DNA of 26,445 nt from a virus: the UHGV virus genome UHGV-0139945. One strand, 5' to 3'. Within the stretch, counting starts at the first letter, position 1, and each line of letters begins with the position of its first letter. Below, piece by piece: positions 16,401-23,695 of the stretch. The position numbers were made by a program, and so were the translations under genes. The notes beneath the pieces are model-generated. The model saw only the letters and a program-made list of their open reading frames with translations, had not been told where the DNA came from and did no database searches.

Positions 16401-17027
16401 ATGGAAACTGTCGGACAACGAATAAAATCGCTTAGGCGAATCACCAGAACCTCACAAAAAGAGCTTGGGAAGTTTTGTGGGGTCAGTGATGTCGCAGTTG
16501 GGTATTGGGAAAAGGATGTAAACGTCCCAGGAGGGGAGTCTCTTTCCAAACTAGCAAAATTCTTCAATACATCAATTGATTACATACTTTTTGGCACTGA
16601 GTTTGAGGGAAACTTAATAACTAAGATGCGAAAAGTTCCCGTGATATCGTGGGTGCAGGCAGGATTATTCACAGAATCAAAGCCTGAAGATGTCTTGCAT
16701 AATGCCGAAAAATGGGTGGAAACGTCTCTCCGCATCAGCGATAACTCGTTTGCCCTTGAAGTAAAGGGAGACTCAATGACAAATCCTAATGGACTGCCCA
16801 CGATTCCTGAGGGCGCAACGGTCATCGTTGATCCAGACATTGAGCCAATTCATGGAAAGATTGTAGTTGCACGAATAGATGGGACCAACGAGGCCACGGT
16901 CAAAAAACTGGTTGTAGACGGTCCGCAAAAATTTCTTGTCCCGCTAAATCCCCGTTATCCGAACATCGCCATCAATGGTAACTGCGTCATTATTGGTGTG
17001 GTTAAAGGCGTTCAATACGAGCTCTGA
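16401..17027 (+). CDS. CI-type prophage repressor (HTH_XRE + S24 LexA-like peptidase), 208 aa
   Basis: N-terminal HTH (QKELGKFCGVSDVAVGYWEKDVNVPGGESLSKLAKFF) and C-terminal S24 domain with GDSM serine and a downstream lysine (TVKKL). Confidence 0.9.
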   Translation: METVGQRIKSLRRITRTSQKELGKFCGVSDVAVGYWEKDVNVPGGESLSKLAKFFNTSIDYILFGTEFEGNLITKMRKVPVISWVQAGLFTESKPEDVLHNAEKWVETSLRISDNSFALEVKGDSMTNPNGLPTIPEGATVIVDPDIEPIHGKIVVARIDGTNEATVKKLVVDGPQKFLVPLNPRYPNIAINGNCVIIGVVKGVQYEL

Positions 17028-17079
17028 TCTAAGCTAATCTACCTTCGACACCAAGCTAAGAAAAGTTTGGTGTTTTTCC

Positions 17080-17108
17080 TTGACGATAAAACTAAGTTAA
17101 GTTAGATT
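17080..17108 (+). promoter_or_regulatory. pL-like early promoter overlapped by an operator
   Basis: -35 TTGACG (17080-17085), 17-bp spacer, -10 TAGATT (17103-17108); operator-like CTAAGTTAAGTTAG (17092-17105) overlaps spacer and -10. Confidence 0.45.
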
Positions 17109-18088
17109 TTCATCTATCAACAGCGAACAGGCAGGACGCCCACGAAGTAGCCGCCGGTGGCGTATGAATGACCGGATGATTCGCTGACAGATGTCTTCGG
17201 GAGGGGTAACAGAGAAGCGGTTTGATTACCCGCAACTCGTAGTCAAATTCCTATAGCTGGTGGCGATACCCAAGCCAGGAATACCGAAAACCAGCAGGAG
17301 TGTTAAGGATAAGGGCTAATCACTCCCTTAGCACCCCGCCCGAAGATATCTGAAGAACATGGCGAAAGCCTACAGCGTTGAAGGCGATTTTCTCGGTTTG
17401 CGCGCTAAACAATAGCGGGGGTGAAACCGGGGCGGAGAAGCAGAATCCGCGATGTCGGGACTTGATACTTCCGGCCATACCAACAAGCCGAATGATCGCG
17501 TAACGGTCCTTTGCATCTGCCCCGGCGAGGTGGCGCCGCCGGACCGGGGTAGATGAATCGAACACAACATGAAAGCGCATTCCATCTTCATCCGTCGTGG
17601 GGACTGGTTTGTAACTGTAGGGGTGCGCTTCCAGTTGTGAGCGGCAATATTCACAACCGTTGTATGGCACATGCAGCGTTAGCAGCCCGGATGGTTCCCT
17701 TGAAGTTCCATGCGCTATCCGGATAACTGGAATGTGCAAGCCAGGTGTTTCAGGCACGACGTGCGCCCCACCAGCGCGGCGAAAAGGTGTGACGCCCGGG
17801 AATAGTCCGGGACACAACGATGAGGGCATTGACGAGCAAGGCACAGAGTCTGGTTCGATTCCAGACGCCAGGATAGTTCTATATCTGGTGATGGGCAGGG
17901 AAAAGGTCCGTTCGATTCGGACACCGGCAGTGCTCTCTTCGTTGTGGTAATTGCGGCTATGCGCACGTGACGAGCCAAACCCGTTCAATGAATGCGTTTC
18001 CGGGCAGTGTACGTCGTCGGTTATGGCTTAACCCGGCAGGTGGAGGCACCACCGCCACAACCTAGTTAACTGTGCTGTGTGTAGTCTT

Positions 18089-18158
18089 GGCGGTTATCCA
18101 GTTTTCCACTATCCAAAGGAGGAAGAGGATAACGTTCTGATGGATAACCGCCCTTTTT
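18089..18158 (+). terminator. Large hairpin with T-tract (terminator-like) upstream of the early-left operon
   Basis: Perfect 12-bp inverted repeat GGCGGTTATCCA (18089-18100) / TGGATAACCGCC (18141-18152) followed by CTTTTT; about 40-nt loop with nested TATCC...GGATA pairing. Confidence 0.4.
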
Positions 18159-18297
18159 ACACAATACACAAGAGCATCACCGGGCGACGGGCTCATTACC
18201 CAATCCACCCGGGCGGCTTCTCAACCGCAGGTGCTCTTCTGTGTTGTGTACGGAGAAATTCCCGGCGGTGGCAGCCGCCTTTCGAGAGGGTAAAACC

Positions 18298-18669
18298 ATG
18301 AGTAATGATCGCATGACAGTCGTGCCCGATTTCCTGGGCGAACTGGACGCCGGCGTATTCATGAACAAGATTGCGGCGGCTCTTAATACCACCGCGCTCG
18401 GCGTTCTGAACAACGGCAACAAAGGCAAGGTAGTCCTTACCTTTGATTTTGAGCGAATGGGCAACTCTGTTGAAGAGAAGCGCGTCAAGATTAAGCACAA
18501 GCTGAACTACAGCACCCCAACGCCCCGCGGCAAAGCGTCGGAAGAGGACACCACCGAAACACCAATGTGGGTTAACAAAGGCGGCAAGCTCACTATCCTG
18601 CAGGAGGATCAGGGGCAACTCTTCGGTATCACCGGTACGGTGGACGGAAAGCTTAAAGCGGCTCAGTGA
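18298..18669 (+). CDS. Hypothetical early protein (YfdP-like by size and position), 123 aa
   Basis: ATG at 18298 preceded by GAGAGGG; first gene of a YfdP/YfdQ/YfdR-like trio (recollection of E. coli CPS-53). Confidence 0.55.
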   Translation: MSNDRMTVVPDFLGELDAGVFMNKIAAALNTTALGVLNNGNKGKVVLTFDFERMGNSVEEKRVKIKHKLNYSTPTPRGKASEEDTTETPMWVNKGGKLTILQEDQGQLFGITGTVDGKLKAAQ

Positions 18670-18725
18670 TCCGCACGAACAAATTCACTGATACCACTTC
18701 GCTAATCAGTTAATAAGGAATTTTT

Positions 18726-19553
18726 ATGTCTCAGTTAGACAGCGGTACTTTTCAGCAGGTTAAAGACCTGGTGCTTTCCGGTTATCACCTGAACGATATC
18801 CACGGCCTGGCCTGCCCGACTGCCCTGCTACCTCAGAATACCAGCGTTGAAAGTCTGGAGCGTTATTCTCTTGAGCGCTTCCGTTTCCGCGGCGCCATGG
18901 ACACAACCAGCATTGACGATTTCGTTCGCTATTCTGTCGCTTACGCCCAGGAAGAAGAAAAAGCCCGCTGCTTTATTGATGCCGATAACATGCTGGCGCG
19001 CTCTATCTTCAATATCGGCACGCTGGATAACCCAGGTCATGCTGACAACGTCGCCTCGATCAAGCTCAAGAAGACCGCCCCATTCCGCGCGTTACTGGCG
19101 ACCAACGGCGATCAACTTAATCAGAAGCAAATCGCTGAGTGGCTCGAAGACTGGAGCGACTATCTGCTGGCCTTTGATGCTAGCGGGAACACGATGACGA
19201 TCGCCCAGGCAGCGCAGGCTGTTCGCCGCGTCACTATTCAACAGGCAACCCAAGCCGATCATGAAGATAGCGACTTTAGCGGCAAAAAATCTCTGATGCA
19301 AAGTATCGAAGCCAGCAGCAAGGAGGTTATGCCGGTGGCGTTCGAGTTTAAATGCGTACCGTATGAAGGTCTTGGCGAACGTCGTTTCAGTCTGCGCAAC
19401 AGCCTGCTGAAAAGTAGCGACCCGATATTTGTTCTGCGCATTGTCCAGTTGGAGGCGCAGGAGGAAGCGATCGCCAATGAGTTCCGTGACCTGCTTGTTG
19501 GCAAGTTCGACGGCAAACCAGTGGATACCTTTATCGGCAACTTCAAAGCCTGA
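18726..19553 (+). CDS. YfdQ-like protein (DUF2303-type), 275 aa
   Basis: 275-aa ORF with AAGGAA RBS; size and neighbourhood match E. coli YfdQ (274 aa, recollection). Confidence 0.6.
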   Translation: MSQLDSGTFQQVKDLVLSGYHLNDIHGLACPTALLPQNTSVESLERYSLERFRFRGAMDTTSIDDFVRYSVAYAQEEEKARCFIDADNMLARSIFNIGTLDNPGHADNVASIKLKKTAPFRALLATNGDQLNQKQIAEWLEDWSDYLLAFDASGNTMTIAQAAQAVRRVTIQQATQADHEDSDFSGKKSLMQSIEASSKEVMPVAFEFKCVPYEGLGERRFSLRNSLLKSSDPIFVLRIVQLEAQEEAIANEFRDLLVGKFDGKPVDTFIGNFKA

Positions 19554-19685
19554 TTGCTCTCCATTAAATCCCCGGCGCCGCGGGGATTTATTAAAGCGTA
19601 ATCCTGCAATTTATCGCCATCTGGCGAGGGATTCCTATACCCAAAAAACAGCGCTGTGCAGAGCGCAATTAAATGGAGAAATGCA

Positions 19686-20213
19686 ATGAGCTTTATTCAA
19701 ACGTTTACTGGCAAACACTTTAACTATCTCGATATCCAGCAGGATGCCATCGAAATAGAAGATATCGCGAACGCTCTCTCGAATATCTGCCGCTTTGCAG
19801 GCCATCTGCCTGAGTTCTATAGCGTAGCGCAGCATAGTGTTTTAACGAGCAACCTTGTGCCGCAGGAGTTTGCGCTAGAAGCGCTGCTGCACGACGCAGC
19901 CGAGGCTTATTTGCAGGATATCCCGGCACCGCTTAAACGCCTGCTCCCGGACTACCGCGCAATTGAGGATCGGGTTGATGCCACTATTCGCCAAAAATTC
20001 GGCCTTCCTACTGAGCAACACCCGACCGTGAAGTATGCCGACCTTGTGATGCTGGCCAGCGAACGACGCGACTTTGAGATCGACGACGGCACCCACTGGC
20101 CGATGCTCGACGGCATTATTCCCACCGACCAATTTGTGATTAATCCCGTCCGCCCTGGCCAGTCTTACGGCATGTTCATGAACCGCTTTAACCAACTGAT
20201 GGAGCGGTGCTAA
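19686..20213 (+). CDS. HD-domain phosphohydrolase (YfdR-like 5'-deoxynucleotidase), 175 aa
   Basis: HD-domain pattern (AQHSVL...LLHDAAEAYLQDIP); start taken at ATG 19686 (MSFIQTF...) rather than track start 19656. Confidence 0.7.
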   Translation: MSFIQTFTGKHFNYLDIQQDAIEIEDIANALSNICRFAGHLPEFYSVAQHSVLTSNLVPQEFALEALLHDAAEAYLQDIPAPLKRLLPDYRAIEDRVDATIRQKFGLPTEQHPTVKYADLVMLASERRDFEIDDGTHWPMLDGIIPTDQFVINPVRPGQSYGMFMNRFNQLMERC

Positions 20214-20410
20214 TGGCACACGTGAAAGTGAAAGAATTGGTTGCTGCAGCGTACGCTGCGGCACCGGGTCTACCACCAGCAGAAGCCCAATTGATGCAAG
20301 ACATAGCGTCAAGGCTGGATGTGACCTTTGTCGCCCTTACAGAGGCAATGGACCAGAACACAGCGCTGTCGGCTGAAATAGAAAAGTTATGCGGAGTAAT
20401 CAAGAAATGA
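20213..20410 (+). CDS. Hypothetical protein, 65 aa
   Basis: ATG at 20213 overlaps upstream TAA (TAATG); track start 20207 is GTG. Confidence 0.45.
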   Translation: MAHVKVKELVAAAYAAAPGLPPAEAQLMQDIASRLDVTFVALTEAMDQNTALSAEIEKLCGVIKK

Positions 20411-20535
20411 ACGAAGAAACTGATTACCGCGGATTCTGGCGCGCTGCTGTTGTGAGCTGTGTTCTTTGCATTATTTTGTTCTGGCTCCCGGCAATCATCA
20501 TTTCAGCTTACTACTACCTGGAGGCCCACAGATGA
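20407..20535 (+). CDS. Small membrane peptide, 42 aa (not in ORF track)
   Basis: ATGA overlaps at both ends (20407-20410 and 20532-20535); product MNEETDYRGFWRAAVVSCVLCIILFWLPAIIISAYYYLEAHR has one clear transmembrane helix. Confidence 0.4.
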   Translation: MNEETDYRGFWRAAVVSCVLCIILFWLPAIIISAYYYLEAHR

Positions 20536-20837
20536 AAAAACTTAAATTCTACGGCGTCAGCGATGACCTCTTCGAGTGTGAAGGCGCTATACGTGAAGAA
20601 ATCTGTATGTATAGCAATCCTGGTGTTTATCACCTCAGATCATCTGAAGGGCAAATGCTGGTTATTGCCTGCTATACGGACGAGGGATGCTGGGCGATTG
20701 GCGTCGGTCAGGTCAATGAAGAGACTCCGCTCCCCTCATGGCCTACATCATTTAGCCAGCATGAGCGCGGCTATAGCGTGGTCTTAACGCTGCAGGTACC
20801 TGACGACACCGAGTTGGTATCGGAGGATGACGAATGA
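20532..20837 (+). CDS. Hypothetical acidic protein (YfdT-like by size), 101 aa
   Basis: Start at MKKLKFYGV with GGAGG RBS; Asp/Glu-rich, C-terminus ...TELVSEDDE. Confidence 0.55.
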   Translation: MKKLKFYGVSDDLFECEGAIREEICMYSNPGVYHLRSSEGQMLVIACYTDEGCWAIGVGQVNEETPLPSWPTSFSQHERGYSVVLTLQVPDDTELVSEDDE

Positions 20838-21160
20838 GCACGATTACAGCGCTTCCAGTTGAACGAGATCCGGAATACGGCTTCTGGACCCACCCCGCAT
20901 TTGATGATCTATGCGGAGAGCGTGAGGGCGTTCCATTTTCCGAGTTTAGGGAATGGCTTGATACGAACGGACTGGAATCAGTTACAGAGTATATGGATAG
21001 CATCGATGATAAATCGGTGTTGGCGGAGCACGAACTGTTTGGGACGTTCATCCAATGGCAGCCTGAATCACCACATGGAGACGGTTGGTTTATCGGCTCT
21101 ATTCACGATACCGAAGATGGACCTGTTTGTATCTGGTTGCGCGAGGTGAAGTATGACTGA
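20834..21160 (+). CDS. Hypothetical acidic protein, 108 aa
   Basis: ATGA overlap with upstream gene; Asp/Glu-rich. Confidence 0.55.
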   Translation: MSTITALPVERDPEYGFWTHPAFDDLCGEREGVPFSEFREWLDTNGLESVTEYMDSIDDKSVLAEHELFGTFIQWQPESPHGDGWFIGSIHDTEDGPVCIWLREVKYD

Positions 21161-21587
21161 TATCACCAACGTAGTTAAGAATCTGCGCCACTGGGCAAAG
21201 ATGGCCTCACTGACCAGCGAACAAGTTTCCTGCTTAAGCGTTCAGCAACTCGAAACTATTGCGAATGAGCTTGATTCAGCCCACCAGCTGATCGCCGAAC
21301 TTGAGTCATTTCGTACCGCTTACATGGAATGGAGCGATAAAACTGATTGGATTCAGACGGACAGACGATTTGACATGGTGAAGCCGCTAGGCAAACACCG
21401 CGCTGATGTGCTGAAGACGTATATCGATCATTTGGAATCTCGCGCCGTGAAACTGCCGAAGCGTACCGTTGGTGAAGTAATGCATATGAGCGGATTTAGC
21501 CGCGACTACGCCGAGGGTTGGTGCTCAGGCAATGATAACGCCATTCATGAAATGCGTGCCGCTGGCATCAAGGTTGAGGGGGAGTGA
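21153..21587 (+). CDS. Hypothetical protein, 144 aa
   Basis: ORF-track ORF; start overlaps upstream stop; no recognisable motif. Confidence 0.55.
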   Translation: MTDITNVVKNLRHWAKMASLTSEQVSCLSVQQLETIANELDSAHQLIAELESFRTAYMEWSDKTDWIQTDRRFDMVKPLGKHRADVLKTYIDHLESRAVKLPKRTVGEVMHMSGFSRDYAEGWCSGNDNAIHEMRAAGIKVEGE

Positions 21588-21940
21588 TGCGCCAAATCGG
21601 AGAGCTGATTACAGCGGAGAGAGCCGCCACTGTTATATACGAAACATTCGGACACCTGGACGCGAAGCCGGGGGAGCGACATAAAGGCTGGTTCGTTTTT
21701 ATCAACGGTCAGCATGGCGATATGGACGTGGTGTACAGCGACTTTCCAACGTTTGGTGAAGGCCCTGGATATTTCACTGACAGAGAGGACTTCATCTGGG
21801 AGTTAATTCGTGATGATGGTCCATGCGCTGCTGTCGGCATCTACCGGTTCGATGGTGAATATCGCCTGCCCAAAAGAAAAGGTCCGGCCCGTTTCGTTGG
21901 TAAAACCACCTGCATTCAGACATTCGGGGAGGCTGAGTGA
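21587..21940 (+). CDS. Hypothetical protein, 117 aa
   Basis: ATG at 21587 overlaps upstream TGA (TGATG); track start 21584 is GTG. Confidence 0.5.
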   Translation: MRQIGELITAERAATVIYETFGHLDAKPGERHKGWFVFINGQHGDMDVVYSDFPTFGEGPGYFTDREDFIWELIRDDGPCAAVGIYRFDGEYRLPKRKGPARFVGKTTCIQTFGEAE

Positions 21941-22311
21941 TGTGGAGAGGAACCGATCGCACCAGAAGCCAGATGATACTGACCGAGTATCAGTACGACT
22001 ATCAGAAGAAAAACTCACGCTCTGTTTACCTGGTGCGACATAACAGCCGCATTCAGCAGACGGTTCTGGAGCAATTCCTGACGGTGGATCGCGATAGCTT
22101 CGGTCGCTTTATGCCGACTATCGAACTGAAAGACTTCCCTGAGCAGCTTAGCGACCGCGAGTCGATGCTCAAACTTGCCGACTGGCTGCACCGCTTACCC
22201 GCCACCAAGCAAAATATGTATCGGCAATCTGGCAGAAACTATTGCCTTCAAACGACGAATAATAACCCTAATCGCCCGGGTGCAGCCGGGCAATGGAGAA
22301 ATCTATGCTGA
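21940..22311 (+). CDS. Hypothetical protein, 123 aa
   Basis: ATG at 21940 overlaps upstream TGA; basic product; last gene before xis. Confidence 0.45.
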   Translation: MWRGTDRTRSQMILTEYQYDYQKKNSRSVYLVRHNSRIQQTVLEQFLTVDRDSFGRFMPTIELKDFPEQLSDRESMLKLADWLHRLPATKQNMYRQSGRNYCLQTTNNNPNRPGAAGQWRNLC

Positions 22312-22511
22312 GCCTCGATTGTGTTCCCATCTCAACTTATTGCAAAGAGACTGGCGAAACCCCTGATGCCATAAATAAGCGCATCCAGCGCGGCGTATGG
22401 CGTGAAGGGGTACAGGTGCTAAAGGTCGAAGGCGTTAAGGAAAGATGGATAGATCTTAGTGAGGTTGCAAAATGGGCTCGACAAAATCGCCTAAACTCCC
22501 GCGCGGCGTAA
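22293..22511 (+). CDS. Excisionase (Xis-like DNA-binding protein), 72 aa
   Basis: Small basic protein just upstream of int and overlapping it by 40 nt; winged-helix-like DAINKRIQRGVWREGVQVLKVEGVKERWIDLSEVAKW; ATG at 22305 is an alternative start. Confidence 0.65.
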   Translation: MEKSMLSLDCVPISTYCKETGETPDAINKRIQRGVWREGVQVLKVEGVKERWIDLSEVAKWARQNRLNSRAA

Positions 22512-23638
22512 CCATCAGGAAACATAGCAACGGAGAAACTATCAATATTACTTTTACATATAAGGGAGTTAAGTGCCGTGAACCCCTTTCTAATCTGGAA
22601 GTTTCTTCGAAAAACATTAAATATGCTGAGCGAACACTCGGAGAAATTCATAACAAAATCGAAAGAGGAACGTTTGTTTATGCAGAATACTTCCCCCGTT
22701 CTACCCGGTTAAAAATCTTTGGGAATGCTGCCTCCGGCAAAACGGTGAAAATGTATCTAGATGAATATCTTGTGATTTGCGAAACGAGGAAGTTATCCCC
22801 TTCAACGATCGGCGGCTACAAAAAATGCCGTAGCGCATTGTCATCGCTTCACGTTTTTCCCGCAAGTGAGTTAACGCCGGCTGCATTGAAGGCATGGATC
22901 CAAGATCAGAAAACGACCTTGAAGACCATCCGAAACCAACTTTCTTTCCTGCGCTCTGCAATGGATGAAGCGGTAACAGATGGTATTCTCCAGATTAACC
23001 CTGTTTCACTAGTAACAGCCTCACGTTACCAGAGTGACAAATCAGTGTCAGAAAGTAGTTATGTGGTTGACCCGCTATCACCAGCCGAAGTACATGCTTT
23101 GCTCACAGCTGCTGGCAATAAACAATGGGAGAACCTCTTTCGATTCGCCATCCAAACTGGCCTGCGTAGTTCTGAGCTGTGTGCTCTTCGTTGGCGTGAT
23201 ATCGATTTTGTAGGGAAGACAGCCCACGTTCAGAATGCCACCGTAGTTGGCGTAATCAAAGGGACCAAAACAAAAGCTGGAACACGGAAGGTTGAACTAA
23301 CTGACGAAGCAATGCTTGCGTTAGTTAGTCAGAAACCGTTCACTTTTATGAAAGATGATACGATCTTCGAAGATCCAAAAAGTAATAAAGCATGGGCAAG
23401 TGCTGATGCAATAAGAAAAAAAGCGTGGGTACCAACCTTACGAAAGGCAGGCATCCGCTATCGTAATCCATACCAAACCCGGCACACTTTTGCTACCCGT
23501 CACATTAGCCAAGGTGCCAATCTTTTTTGGTTAGCCACACAAATGGGGCATAAAGGACCAGAGATGCTTTTCCGTCACTACGGCTCATATCTGAAGGAAT
23601 ATGATGGACAAACAAGCCTGAAGAAGATAACAATATAA
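22472..23638 (+). CDS. int: Tyrosine recombinase / phage integrase (lambda Int-like), 388 aa
   Basis: Arm-binding-like N-terminus and C-terminal catalytic residues (TRHTFATRH, LATQMGHKGPEMLFRHYGSY); GC falls sharply immediately downstream. Confidence 0.9.
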   Translation: MGSTKSPKLPRGVTIRKHSNGETINITFTYKGVKCREPLSNLEVSSKNIKYAERTLGEIHNKIERGTFVYAEYFPRSTRLKIFGNAASGKTVKMYLDEYLVICETRKLSPSTIGGYKKCRSALSSLHVFPASELTPAALKAWIQDQKTTLKTIRNQLSFLRSAMDEAVTDGILQINPVSLVTASRYQSDKSVSESSYVVDPLSPAEVHALLTAAGNKQWENLFRFAIQTGLRSSELCALRWRDIDFVGKTAHVQNATVVGVIKGTKTKAGTRKVELTDEAMLALVSQKPFTFMKDDTIFEDPKSNKAWASADAIRKKAWVPTLRKAGIRYRNPYQTRHTFATRHISQGANLFWLATQMGHKGPEMLFRHYGSYLKEYDGQTSLKKITI

Positions 23639-23695
23639 TCCATGTCTGAACTATTGGCCACAATTTGTGGCCATTTCATGGAACAAGGTACAAAC

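Noticed and set aside
17849-17922. Possible complete tRNA genes at the two T-arm-like hairpins
   Set aside because: No complementary 5' acceptor strand, D-arm or canonical anticodon arm at the expected spacing, and no CCA or acceptor pairing after the T-stem; kept as tRNA-like motifs only.
17320-17988. 222-aa minus-strand ORF (and overlapping 100-aa, 96-aa and 87-aa ORFs) in the post-cI leader
   Set aside because: Begins at a TTG with no RBS; the product is Ser/Pro/Arg/Gly-skewed with no domain signature; more likely an open frame across structured non-coding sequence. Reported as a candidate ncRNA region instead.
18177-18618. Minus-strand ORFs 18177-18500 and 18196-18618
   Set aside because: Antisense to the first early-left gene, which has a good RBS and is coupled to its neighbours.
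23642-23695. ATG at 23642 as the ATPase start (track start, MSELLATICGHFMEQGTN...)
   Set aside because: No RBS; the conserved ABC-ATPase N-terminus begins at MANSITKLKKINVV (ATG 23696). The upstream stretch contains the palindrome GGCCACAA-T-TTGTGGCC (23655-23671), more likely a terminator or att-associated element.
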